DNA of 64,000 nucleotides from contig HF994458.1 of the NCBI GenBank assembly GCA_000434195.1, positions 57,352-121,351 of the forward strand, read 5' to 3'. The notes under the pieces were generated by a model, which worked only from the letters and a program-made list of their open reading frames with translations, ran no database searches and was not told the origin of the DNA. Below, piece after piece: positions 48,314-57,101 of this stretch. The stretch comes from Clostridium sp. CAG:780. GTDB taxonomy: Bacteria; Bacillota; Clostridia; TANB77; CAG-508. Each line of letters opens with the position of its first letter. The first letter of the stretch is position 1. A program made the position numbers and the translations under genes.

Positions 48314-48662
48314 AGTCTTTCACCTCATATAAAAAATTAAAGCAGAATTAATATATATGATTTTCAAAAAAGTCCTTCTTATTTTTAACGCTTTGCAGAT
48401 AACAAAACTCACTGCTCCCTTAAGTTCCCTTTTCCGTAAGCTTTTTAAAAATAATTCCTCTTTTTTGTAAATATTCATAGCAATAAAAAAGACAACAAAA
48501 ATTCATTGGCAAATATTACTTGTTTTTTGCCAATTCCATCTTGCATTTATTTAACTTCTATTGATAATTAACGTTTTTATATTAACCACCCTTACTATCT
48601 CTATGGAGATTAATAATTTCTCATTTTGTTGATATTATGCCATAATATCAAATACTTTAATT

Positions 48663-48692
48663 ATTATACACTTATAAGAACACTTATGTCAA
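48663..48692 (-). promoter_or_regulatory. candidate rpoB promoter
   Basis: Minus strand TTGACA (48692-48687), 18 nt spacer, TATAAT (48668-48663). This implies a leader of roughly 350 nt. Confidence 0.45.
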
Positions 48693-48721
48693 TAGAAAAA
48701 GTAAATTTTTTGTATTTTTTC

Positions 48722-48754
48722 ATAAAAATAACAGTACTGTTTTAGTACTGTTAT
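48722..48754 (-). terminator. intrinsic terminator after nrdG
   Basis: 11-bp perfect stem ATAACAGTACT/AGTACTGTTAT followed by TTTTAT on the minus strand. Confidence 0.6.
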
Positions 48755-48764
48755 TTTATTTTCT

Positions 48765-49271
48765 TTAATTAACGTTCTTTTTGTTAAATAATATTACTTT
48801 ATTTGCTTTTAAACTCTCTTGTACATCTATCACTCTTTGATTTGATGAGCCTCTCCATTCTAGTTTTGGATTATGTAGTTCGTCCACATATTGTCCATCA
48901 ACTAAAACGTCTATATATTTTAAAGCATCTTTATCTTTTAAATCTCTATCAAAAGTGAATCCTGACCATACCCACAAGCTTTTATTTGGGAATTTTTCTT
49001 TAAAAGCTTTGGCAAGTTCTGTTGTTCCTTGAATATTCTTTGGATGCATTGGTTCTCCACCAAGTATTGATAATCCTTCCACATAATCTTTGTCACATAA
49101 TTCTAAAACTCTATTTACTGTGTTTTGCGTAAAATCTTTTCCTCCCGCAAAATCATGTGTTTCTGGATTAAAACAATTTTTACAATTAAAACTGCACCCT
49201 TGCATAAATATTGATACCCTAACTCCAGGTCCATCCGCTATGTCCATTTTTCTTATTTTGTTGTACTTCAT
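48765..49271 (-). CDS. nrdG: anaerobic ribonucleoside-triphosphate reductase activating protein
   Basis: GCSFNCKNC radical-SAM cluster motif. 168 aa. Downstream of nrdD. Confidence 0.92.
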   Translation of the reverse strand: MKYNKIRKMDIADGPGVRVSIFMQGCSFNCKNCFNPETHDFAGGKDFTQNTVNRVLELCDKDYVEGLSILGGEPMHPKNIQGTTELAKAFKEKFPNKSLWVWSGFTFDRDLKDKDALKYIDVLVDGQYVDELHNPKLEWRGSSNQRVIDVQESLKANKVILFNKKNVN

Positions 49272-49296
49272 CTAGCAATCCTTCCTTCTGCTTATA

Positions 49297-51456
49297 TTAC
49301 TCATCGTCTTTATTGTCTATATGTAAAACTCTTTCTTTTATTTCTTGTGTTCTTCCTTTATTCCAGAAATTACTTCCTATGTATCCGCAAGTTCTTCTTG
49401 CTACGTTTAATGTAGAGTGATCTCTATTTCCGCAGTTTGGGCAATACCATTCTAGATTGTCATCTATTTGTATTTCTCCGTCAAATCCACATTTTTGACA
49501 ATAGTCTGATTTTGTATTTAATTCTGCATACATTATGTTGTTATAAATGTATTTGATCACTTCTATTACTGCCTCTAAGTTATTTTGTAAGTTTGGAGTT
49601 TCAATATATGATATTGCTCCTCCTGGGCTTAATCTTTGGAATTCGCTTTCTAGTTTTAATTTAGAGAAAGCATCAATTTCTTCAAATACAGGAACATGGT
49701 AAGAATTTGTTATATACATTCTGTCTGTAATTCCTTCTATTTTTCCAAATCTCTTTTGTAGGCATTTTGCAAATTTATAAGTTGTTGATTCTATTGGTGT
49801 TCCATATACACTATAATCTATATCTTCTGCTGTTTTCCACTCTTTGCATTTATCATTCATTTTTTGCATTATTTCTAATCCGAATTCTTCGCCTTTGCCA
49901 TGGTCTGTATGACTGTCTCCTGTCATGTATTTTACACACTCATATAGTCCTGCATATCCAAGAGATATTGTAGAATACCCGCCATGTAATAATGGGTGAA
50001 TGCTTGCTCCTTTTGGAAGTCTTGCTAACGCTCCATATCTCCATAATATAGGTGCTACATCACTTGTTGCTTTTGCTAGTCTCTCATGTCTTAATTTTAA
50101 TGCTTTATGGCATAACTCAAGTCTTTCTTCAAATACTTTCCAGAATTTATCTTTGTCTTGTCCTGATGATAGAGCAACATCAACTAAGTTGATAGTTACA
50201 ACACCTTGATTGAATCTTCCATAGTATTTAGGTTTGTTTGTCTCTGGATCTACGTAAGGTGTTAGGAATGAACGACATCCCATACATGGATAGCATTGTC
50301 CATTTCCATTTTTATCTACTTTTAATTGTTTCATTATTTTTTCTGATATGTAATCTGGAACCATTCTCTTAGCAGTGCATTTTGCTGCTAATTTTGTTAA
50401 GTACCAGTATTTGCTGTTTTCGTGTATGTTATCTTCTTCTAGTACATATAATAGTTTTGGGAAGGCAGGTGTTATATACACACCTTTCTCGTTTTTCATT
50501 CCCTGAATTCTTTGTTTAAGGAATTCTTCTATTATGGCTGCTAATTCTTCTTTGTATTCGTCTGTCTCTCCTAAATAGAAGCAGACACTTAAAAATGGAG
50601 ATTGTCCGTTTGTTGTAGTCATTGAGTTTATTTGATATTGGAATGTTTGAACTCCATCTTCTATTTCCTTTTTCAAATCTTCCTTAGCAAATTCTTCACA
50701 TTGTTCTTTAGGAAGTTTTCTGTCTTGATATTTTTTCAAATATTTATTATAGCTATCTCTTACAAATGGGGCTAAATGTGTCATTGTAACTGTTGCTCCA
50801 CCATATTGGCTTGAAGTAACTGCTGTAATTATTTGTGTAGCTATTGTCATTGCTGTTAAAAATCTGTGTGGTTTTTCTATCATTACGCCATTTATATTTG
50901 TTCCGTTTTGTAACATATCTTCTAGATTAATTAAATCACAGTTGTGAAGTGCATTTTGTGCAAAATAATCTGCATCGTGGAAATGTATAATTCCTTCATC
51001 ATGTGCTTTTACTACATCTTCTGGTAATAAAAATCTTCTTGTTATATCTGTGCTTGTTATTCCTGCTAAGTAATCTCTTTGTGTTGTTACAACTCTTGCA
51101 TTTTTATTTGAATTCTCGTTGTTCCAGTATTCGCTTTCTCCCTCTATTAATTCTTTAATAGATTGGTCTGTAGTATTTGCTTTTCTTACTAATGCTCTTG
51201 TGTAACGGTATGTAATGTATGTCTTTGCTAAATTATATTTGCCAAAAGACATTAACTTTTCTTCAATTATATCTTGAATATCTTCTACTAATATTCTTGA
51301 TTTTTTTAAATCTTCAACATAGTCGATTATTTCTTGTATTTCTTTTTCGTTTGCTCTGTCTCTTCTTGAAACCTCCTCGTTCGCTTTTTTGATGGCTGTC
51401 TTAATTTTTTCTGGATTATATTCTACTATATTCCCATCTCTTTTGATAACCTTCAT
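49297..51456 (-). CDS. nrdD: anaerobic ribonucleoside-triphosphate reductase
   Basis: N-terminal ATP-cone, C-terminal Zn ribbon CQKCG...CPNCG, and glycyl-radical motif RRTCGYIG. Confidence 0.95.
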   Translation of the reverse strand: MKVIKRDGNIVEYNPEKIKTAIKKANEEVSRRDRANEKEIQEIIDYVEDLKKSRILVEDIQDIIEEKLMSFGKYNLAKTYITYRYTRALVRKANTTDQSIKELIEGESEYWNNENSNKNARVVTTQRDYLAGITSTDITRRFLLPEDVVKAHDEGIIHFHDADYFAQNALHNCDLINLEDMLQNGTNINGVMIEKPHRFLTAMTIATQIITAVTSSQYGGATVTMTHLAPFVRDSYNKYLKKYQDRKLPKEQCEEFAKEDLKKEIEDGVQTFQYQINSMTTTNGQSPFLSVCFYLGETDEYKEELAAIIEEFLKQRIQGMKNEKGVYITPAFPKLLYVLEEDNIHENSKYWYLTKLAAKCTAKRMVPDYISEKIMKQLKVDKNGNGQCYPCMGCRSFLTPYVDPETNKPKYYGRFNQGVVTINLVDVALSSGQDKDKFWKVFEERLELCHKALKLRHERLAKATSDVAPILWRYGALARLPKGASIHPLLHGGYSTISLGYAGLYECVKYMTGDSHTDHGKGEEFGLEIMQKMNDKCKEWKTAEDIDYSVYGTPIESTTYKFAKCLQKRFGKIEGITDRMYITNSYHVPVFEEIDAFSKLKLESEFQRLSPGGAISYIETPNLQNNLEAVIEVIKYIYNNIMYAELNTKSDYCQKCGFDGEIQIDDNLEWYCPNCGNRDHSTLNVARRTCGYIGSNFWNKGRTQEIKERVLHIDNKDDE

Positions 51457-51550
51457 GTTAATTCCTCCCCATTTTGTTTATTCTTATAACTTTATCACTA
51501 CTGTTTTCTAGGCAAGTTAGTTATAGAGTCTCTTTTGTTATCGTGAATAG

Positions 51551-51579
51551 ATATTACAACACAAGCAATATAATGTCAA
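51551..51579 (-). promoter_or_regulatory. candidate nrdDG promoter
   Basis: Minus strand TTGACA (51579-51574), 17 nt spacer, TAATAT (51556-51551). Confidence 0.45.
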
Positions 51580-51954
51580 AGATATATTTCTTATGTAATC
51601 AAGCAATAAAAACCTAGTAAAATCAACGTTTTCGAGAGTTGGAATTTTTTTGAAAATTCTGTCGTTTTATGTTCCTTTTTGTTAAACTAGGTCTCCAATT
51701 CCTAGAGAATAGCCATTTGTTCTTCAAAAATATTACGTAACCATTAGCAAATATTACAAAATTATTACAATTTGATAAAAAATGATTTTTCTAAAATTTA
51801 TCATTTTTTGTTTCATGTTTTGTAACGTGTTTTTCCTTTCTTTCGCTTGTGTTTGTATGTGTTTGGTTGTTTTTCTTTAAATATTGTCCTCTTATTTTTT
51901 AGCATTTTTTCTCGTTTCTCAAAAAATCATTTTTTCGCTTTTCTATTTTTACGA

Positions 51955-51990
51955 GCATAAAAATAGAAGATTCGAGTTAGAATCTTCTAT
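51955..51990 (-). terminator. intrinsic terminator after the adhesin operon
   Basis: 11-bp perfect stem ATAGAAGATTC/GAATCTTCTAT plus a T-run on the minus strand. Confidence 0.6.
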
Positions 51991-51997
51991 CTATTTT

Positions 51998-54900
51998 TTA
52001 TTTGTTTTTTGTGATTTTTATTACTATTGCTAATCCAGCTATAAGTATCAATCCACATATTGTTCCTATTATGTAGTAAATTCTTGTTTGTCCAAAAGGT
52101 GTTAGTATAGTTACATCAGCTGTGTCTGTATCTACCTCTTTGGTTGGTTCATTAGGGTTTTGGTTACCTACTGTTGAGTACTCGATTTTTCTACCTATTT
52201 TGTTTTCGAAGTTTATTAACTCTGCCATGTTGTTATATGATAAATTGTTGTTTGCATCCACTCCTGACATTATGCTTGATAACGTTAGAGTTGTTGTAAC
52301 TTGGCTTTGTTCTTCGTTACATAATTTTGGTATTAATATCTTGCCATCGTCTCCACCAAAAGAGTGTTTTAATATGGTTTTATATGTTTTTATATTTTCT
52401 GATGTTACGTCGTTTCCATTTGCATCTTTGTATTGGACAACCTTATTTGTTATAATTTCGTTTTTGTTCACTGTTACCCAACCTGTGTTTTTACTGTCTG
52501 TATATTGTAGGTTATTTGTCGATGCATTTCCTGAGCCTAACGAAGCTCCAACATAGTCTATGACATCAAATACTTTTGTAGTTACAACTTCTTCTTGTCC
52601 GTCTCTTTTACCTGTGTAGTAGAATTTCTTACTTGCATAATCGGCTTCTCCTATGTTTTCCGCTGTCATCTTGTAGTCAATTTGTATTGTTGCACCATGC
52701 ATCAATCCTTCGTCCATTGTTAGTATTACAGCTTGGTTTTGGGTAGGATTTCTTACCTCCGGTGTTTTCATTAAGTTATTGTCGTAACCTGTTGTATGTC
52801 CTTGCTTATCAATCCAAATTACGTTTGTTGCTTTTCCAGATGTGTTAAATAATTCTTTTCCAGAAGATAGAGTTACTTTTACATTTGAAACTTCTTTTCT
52901 CATTGCTATTTGTTGTTTTGGTCTCTCTTGTAATCCTAAGTCAACGTTTTCCACTTCAAATCTTCTTCCCGAATCAGAATTTCCATCTGATGGATCTCTT
53001 TCTATTTGTAGCACTTTCTTACCAGTAATTGCTCCTATTGCAAAGTCTCCATTTTTTAGTCTTTCTGCAAGTTCGTTTGCTCTTGCAACATCAGTTTTTC
53101 CTGAATATTGACCATTTACATAGCTTCTTGTTCCTGGTGTTGTTTCGTCTCCCCAAATATCTCTTGCATCTGAATAATTTACATCTGTTGGCTCTATTAA
53201 TGTTCCAATTTCTCTATCTGGATTGTTTACATCAAATCCTGAATTTACTTTGTCATAATTGTATGTTGTTGATTTGTAGTCTTGTCCATTTGGATAGATG
53301 AATTTTACGTAATATTCTCCTGGTACAAATGATGTTATTTGGTATTTTCCATTTTCATCTGTTATTGTTTCTGCGTCTACCCATGTTTTTGTATTTACAT
53401 CAAACATTTTTGCTACATTATTTGTAGTTGCGTCTATTAATTGTACCTTTATGTCTTTTATTCTATCTTCGTTGTCATCTTTTATTCCGTCTCCGACTGC
53501 TGTTTTTGCAGTATCATCCATTACAGTTCTCTTGTCTTCCCAAACTTCTCCACTAATTGTTCTTAATCCTTCTAATTGGAATTTAATTGGTGGTGCTTCG
53601 TCTGCATCAGATTCATATGTGTTTTTGTCATTAGGATCTGCATTTCCTGGGTTAGAGTCTACATCTACTCTTCCGGCTGGTTCTCCGCCTTTGTACTCTG
53701 TATAACTATCTTTGTTGTCTTTGTTTGGAGAAGTTGCCTTTTCTGAATAGTATGTTGCATATCCTGTTATTTCTGCCACATTTGATTTTCCTAAATCATC
53801 ACTGCCTTGGTCTAATATCATTTTTCCGTTTTCGTCAACATCTACTTCAAATACCACATAAATTATTATGCTGTCATATGATGGAATTTTATTTCCAGAT
53901 AAGTCGAAGTACAACTTATTAAAGTTTGCTACTGTTTCTGTATGGTTGTTTTTGCTATTTTCAGAAGCAACTAAGTTGATTTTATTGTCTCCATCTTTTA
54001 TGTATGCTTCTTTATATTTTAATTCTTTGTCAAAGTAGTCTACTACTTCTTTAACTTCACAATCGATGTTATCTGATAAATTCAATAGCTCAATTTTATA
54101 TGTTACATTTGCTTTTAGTTTATCATCTGTATATTGATAATCAGATTCTTTGACTTCTCTTGTGTATGCTTGATTATAGTAGCCATCTGCTATTTTAGCT
54201 GTTACAGTCCATATTTCTCTATCTTGATTTTGGGCTTCTCTCTTATTATATTTATAAGTTTGAGTGTAGCCTTTTATTGATAATTCCGCTTCATACACAT
54301 CTTTCATTAATGCTATTTTTACTTCTTCTCTCTTTGTTATACCAAAGTTGATGTTTTTAGTTGTTTTTTCAAAGTATTGTATATCACTTTCGTTTCCATG
54401 TCCTCCAGTATATGAAGAGATTGTATAACATTTATCTTCTATGTATGTTGGTCCTTTTGTGTTTATATCATTTTTGATTTCTGTTTCTCCAACTTTCATA
54501 TTAGTTGTAATTGTCTCAAGCGCTTTATTTAAAGCATCTCTTTCTCCTTCTGACTCAGTTGCATTTGATGTCATAGGAGTGCTACTATCTTCCCATGGAG
54601 TATATTTCGCATGTTGATAATTTTGTCCATTATATACATATTCTATATAATATTTTTGACCTTCTGGCACTTTGAATTGGTAATAACCATTTTCATCTGT
54701 TCTAGTGCTTATTGATGTAGAATCGCTATATTCTATATTCTCTCCGTCCTCTGTATGTAATGTTACAAGCATTCCTTGTATAAATTCTTCGTCATCATCT
54801 TTAATTCCATTTAATAATGAGTCTTTTCCATGTCTTATATCTTCCCATACATTTCCGCCAAGTTCGATATTTGCTCTATCATTGTTTATTTGTACAACAA

Positions 54901-57085
54901 TATCTTTGTTTTGGCTTAAACTTGCTTCTGAATAAGAATCTTGCCCTTCTGCGTTTTTAAATCCTGATATAACTTTTACTTCTTTTGCTATATAACTCCA
55001 AGAATCTTTATCTGTAACTTTTGTTACTTGGATTTGTAATGTTCCTCCTAGCTTCTGATATTTATCAGGTGCTTGAATTTCCTCTATTTCTATTAAGTCT
55101 GTTCCGACTTCTTTTATTGCAACTTGTATTGGTGTTGCAAATTTTCCTTCTGCATTTGTTGTATATGTTCCTTTATCTGTACCATTTACTTTTACACTAA
55201 ATTGAGCTCCTGCTAATTTCGTACCATTTTTTGAATCTATTTTATTTACATTCAAGTTGTATGAGCCTTCTTTTATAACTGCAGGGTCTTCTGCATTTAC
55301 ATTTATTTTTAGCGTAGCTTGGTCTAATTGTACACTTACTCCATCTGATAGATTTTCTCCTGTTACAGATGTAACCTTAAATTCTCTAGTATTAGGGTCA
55401 ACCGCTTTGTTTATTTTTATTGTAATTGGGTTATCTAATTTTTGGTATTTAGCATCAACAGAAGTTTCTGTCAATACCAAGGTATCTGTTCCTGCTAAGT
55501 TTATAGTTAATTCTATATTTAATTTGCCATTTGCATCTGTTGTAAATTTATCTGTTTTTTGTCCATTAACTGTTGTATATAATTTTTTGCCATTTAATGT
55601 TGCTGTAAACTTTGCTCCTGCAACTGGTGACTTAAATTCAGAATCTATTTTACTTAAGCTCATTGTATATTTTGATGATTTATATGTTGCAATATTTAAA
55701 GTTGCTGAACTTGAATCTTCTGTTGTTTTTACTGTTCCCTCAGCAGTCACAAATGGTTGATAATAGTATCCTACTTCTTTTCCGTATACTTTATAAATTT
55801 GAATATCTGAATAAGATTTATATGTTGATTTTACTGTAATTTTAGTTATACTGCCAAATCCATTTTTTTCTATATCTTTTACTACTATATAAAATTGACT
55901 TCCTGATGTTGGAATGTTTTTTCCTTGGCTTCCATCAGCATAAATATAAGGATTTGTATCTTGTGTAACAGTTCCTTTATCTCCTTCTACTGTTATTCCA
56001 GATATTGTTCTCTCTGTATTATATTTTAATGTAAATGGTCCTAATTTATATGTATCATCCTTTCCATCAATTTTCTCTATTTTTGCATTATTAGAAGTAA
56101 TTTCTGTTGGAGTATTATTGGTTTCCGTATTTGCTATTTTTTGAGCAGCTAGTTGAGCTTCTTTATATAAGTCAACCGCTTTTGTTACTGTTTGTAATCT
56201 TGTCCAATCTCCCTTATGTATTCCTGCTCTTGCAACAACAAATTTTTGAAAATTCTCCATTGATCCATATGTAGATATTTCAGAAATCTTTGCTTTTTCT
56301 GCAGCTGTTACTCCATTTTTATTTATTTCCGCTTGGTCTTCAGCTGTCAAATTCATTTCTTTACTATAGGCAGAAATCCATATTGCTATTTGTTGTTCTC
56401 TTGTAAAATTGTACCAATTAACATTTTCTCCTTCCGGTACATATTTATACATTATATATTTCCATGTATTTATAAGTGACTGAGTTACTGTAACTGCATA
56501 TCTTGATTGATTATCATTATGGAACTCATTACCTTCGATAACCTCTGCAACTTCATAATCAGCTGTTATTTCATGTCCATATGTATCTCTTGAAGCTACA
56601 CCTCTTGTTGGGTCAACACAAAATATTGGCCTATTAATTATTACCGGGTTCCATTTTACCGTGCCTATCTCTCCTGTCGTGTATTCATCACTATCCCATT
56701 TGGGTGCATTATTTCCTACAAAAACTGTATCGTCTCTAGTTGTTCTCATTATAGGCATGAAAAAGTTCCAAGATTTATAATATTTTTTCAATGCCTGTAT
56801 ACTATCATATCTGTCACCAGAAGTACTTTGGTCGTTGTATACTACATCTATCTTGCCATCACGAAATGGTTCATCCACTCCTACTAACACATATGCTGTT
56901 TTTGAATTATCATTCTTTCTTTTTGCATATTTTTGAAAATTTATTATTTCCCTCAAAGTATACTTAGTATATTTAGGTAGAGTCACAGCAGCATAAGTTC
57001 TATTTTGTATGCTTATAATACCAATTAGTAAGGTCATTACAAATACTATAATTTTTATTATTTTATTTTGCATTTTTCTTCTCAT
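51998..57085 (-). CDS. giant secreted fibrillar surface protein B (thioester-domain-like head, SpaA/CnaB-type and SdrD-B-like domains, C-terminal TM anchor)
   Basis: 1695 aa. Signal peptide. FCVDP...EQQIAIW. Repeats such as KIDSKNGTKLAGAQFSV..TTNAEGKF. WEDxxxxxxGIKDDxE...TDENGYYQF SdrD-B-like units. Ends TPFGQ + TM + KITKNK. GGAGGGAG RBS 16 bp after gene A. Confidence 0.8.
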   Translation of the reverse strand: MRRKMQNKIIKIIVFVMTLLIGIISIQNRTYAAVTLPKYTKYTLREIINFQKYAKRKNDNSKTAYVLVGVDEPFRDGKIDVVYNDQSTSGDRYDSIQALKKYYKSWNFFMPIMRTTRDDTVFVGNNAPKWDSDEYTTGEIGTVKWNPVIINRPIFCVDPTRGVASRDTYGHEITADYEVAEVIEGNEFHNDNQSRYAVTVTQSLINTWKYIMYKYVPEGENVNWYNFTREQQIAIWISAYSKEMNLTAEDQAEINKNGVTAAEKAKISEISTYGSMENFQKFVVARAGIHKGDWTRLQTVTKAVDLYKEAQLAAQKIANTETNNTPTEITSNNAKIEKIDGKDDTYKLGPFTLKYNTERTISGITVEGDKGTVTQDTNPYIYADGSQGKNIPTSGSQFYIVVKDIEKNGFGSITKITVKSTYKSYSDIQIYKVYGKEVGYYYQPFVTAEGTVKTTEDSSSATLNIATYKSSKYTMSLSKIDSEFKSPVAGAKFTATLNGKKLYTTVNGQKTDKFTTDANGKLNIELTINLAGTDTLVLTETSVDAKYQKLDNPITIKINKAVDPNTREFKVTSVTGENLSDGVSVQLDQATLKINVNAEDPAVIKEGSYNLNVNKIDSKNGTKLAGAQFSVKVNGTDKGTYTTNAEGKFATPIQVAIKEVGTDLIEIEEIQAPDKYQKLGGTLQIQVTKVTDKDSWSYIAKEVKVISGFKNAEGQDSYSEASLSQNKDIVVQINNDRANIELGGNVWEDIRHGKDSLLNGIKDDDEEFIQGMLVTLHTEDGENIEYSDSTSISTRTDENGYYQFKVPEGQKYYIEYVYNGQNYQHAKYTPWEDSSTPMTSNATESEGERDALNKALETITTNMKVGETEIKNDINTKGPTYIEDKCYTISSYTGGHGNESDIQYFEKTTKNINFGITKREEVKIALMKDVYEAELSIKGYTQTYKYNKREAQNQDREIWTVTAKIADGYYNQAYTREVKESDYQYTDDKLKANVTYKIELLNLSDNIDCEVKEVVDYFDKELKYKEAYIKDGDNKINLVASENSKNNHTETVANFNKLYFDLSGNKIPSYDSIIIYVVFEVDVDENGKMILDQGSDDLGKSNVAEITGYATYYSEKATSPNKDNKDSYTEYKGGEPAGRVDVDSNPGNADPNDKNTYESDADEAPPIKFQLEGLRTISGEVWEDKRTVMDDTAKTAVGDGIKDDNEDRIKDIKVQLIDATTNNVAKMFDVNTKTWVDAETITDENGKYQITSFVPGEYYVKFIYPNGQDYKSTTYNYDKVNSGFDVNNPDREIGTLIEPTDVNYSDARDIWGDETTPGTRSYVNGQYSGKTDVARANELAERLKNGDFAIGAITGKKVLQIERDPSDGNSDSGRRFEVENVDLGLQERPKQQIAMRKEVSNVKVTLSSGKELFNTSGKATNVIWIDKQGHTTGYDNNLMKTPEVRNPTQNQAVILTMDEGLMHGATIQIDYKMTAENIGEADYASKKFYYTGKRDGQEEVVTTKVFDVIDYVGASLGSGNASTNNLQYTDSKNTGWVTVNKNEIITNKVVQYKDANGNDVTSENIKTYKTILKHSFGGDDGKILIPKLCNEEQSQVTTTLTLSSIMSGVDANNNLSYNNMAELINFENKIGRKIEYSTVGNQNPNEPTKEVDTDTADVTILTPFGQTRIYYIIGTICGLILIAGLAIVIKITKNK

Positions 57086-57101
57086 TTTCTCCCTCCTTCC
57101 T

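Noticed and set aside
51541-51585. Possible NrdR boxes overlapping the nrdD promoter (ACATTATATTGCTTGT and TGTAATATCTATTCAC on the minus strand).
   Set aside because: The first matches only about 11 of 16 positions of the acaCwAtATaTwGtgt consensus. The second has the wrong half-site orientation, and the spacing is not the usual ~31-32 bp. This is not good enough by eye and needs a PWM scan.
51457-51760. A cobalamin riboswitch upstream of nrdDG.
   Set aside because: No B12-box (GCCACTG) or other conserved riboswitch core is visible on the minus strand.
51820-51915. A 30-codon highly basic small ORF on the minus strand (MLKNKRTIFKEKQPNTYKHKRKKGKTRYKT), and a 20-codon one in the 62052-62446 spacer.
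   Set aside because: There is no RBS, and the composition is what A-rich non-coding sequence gives when translated.
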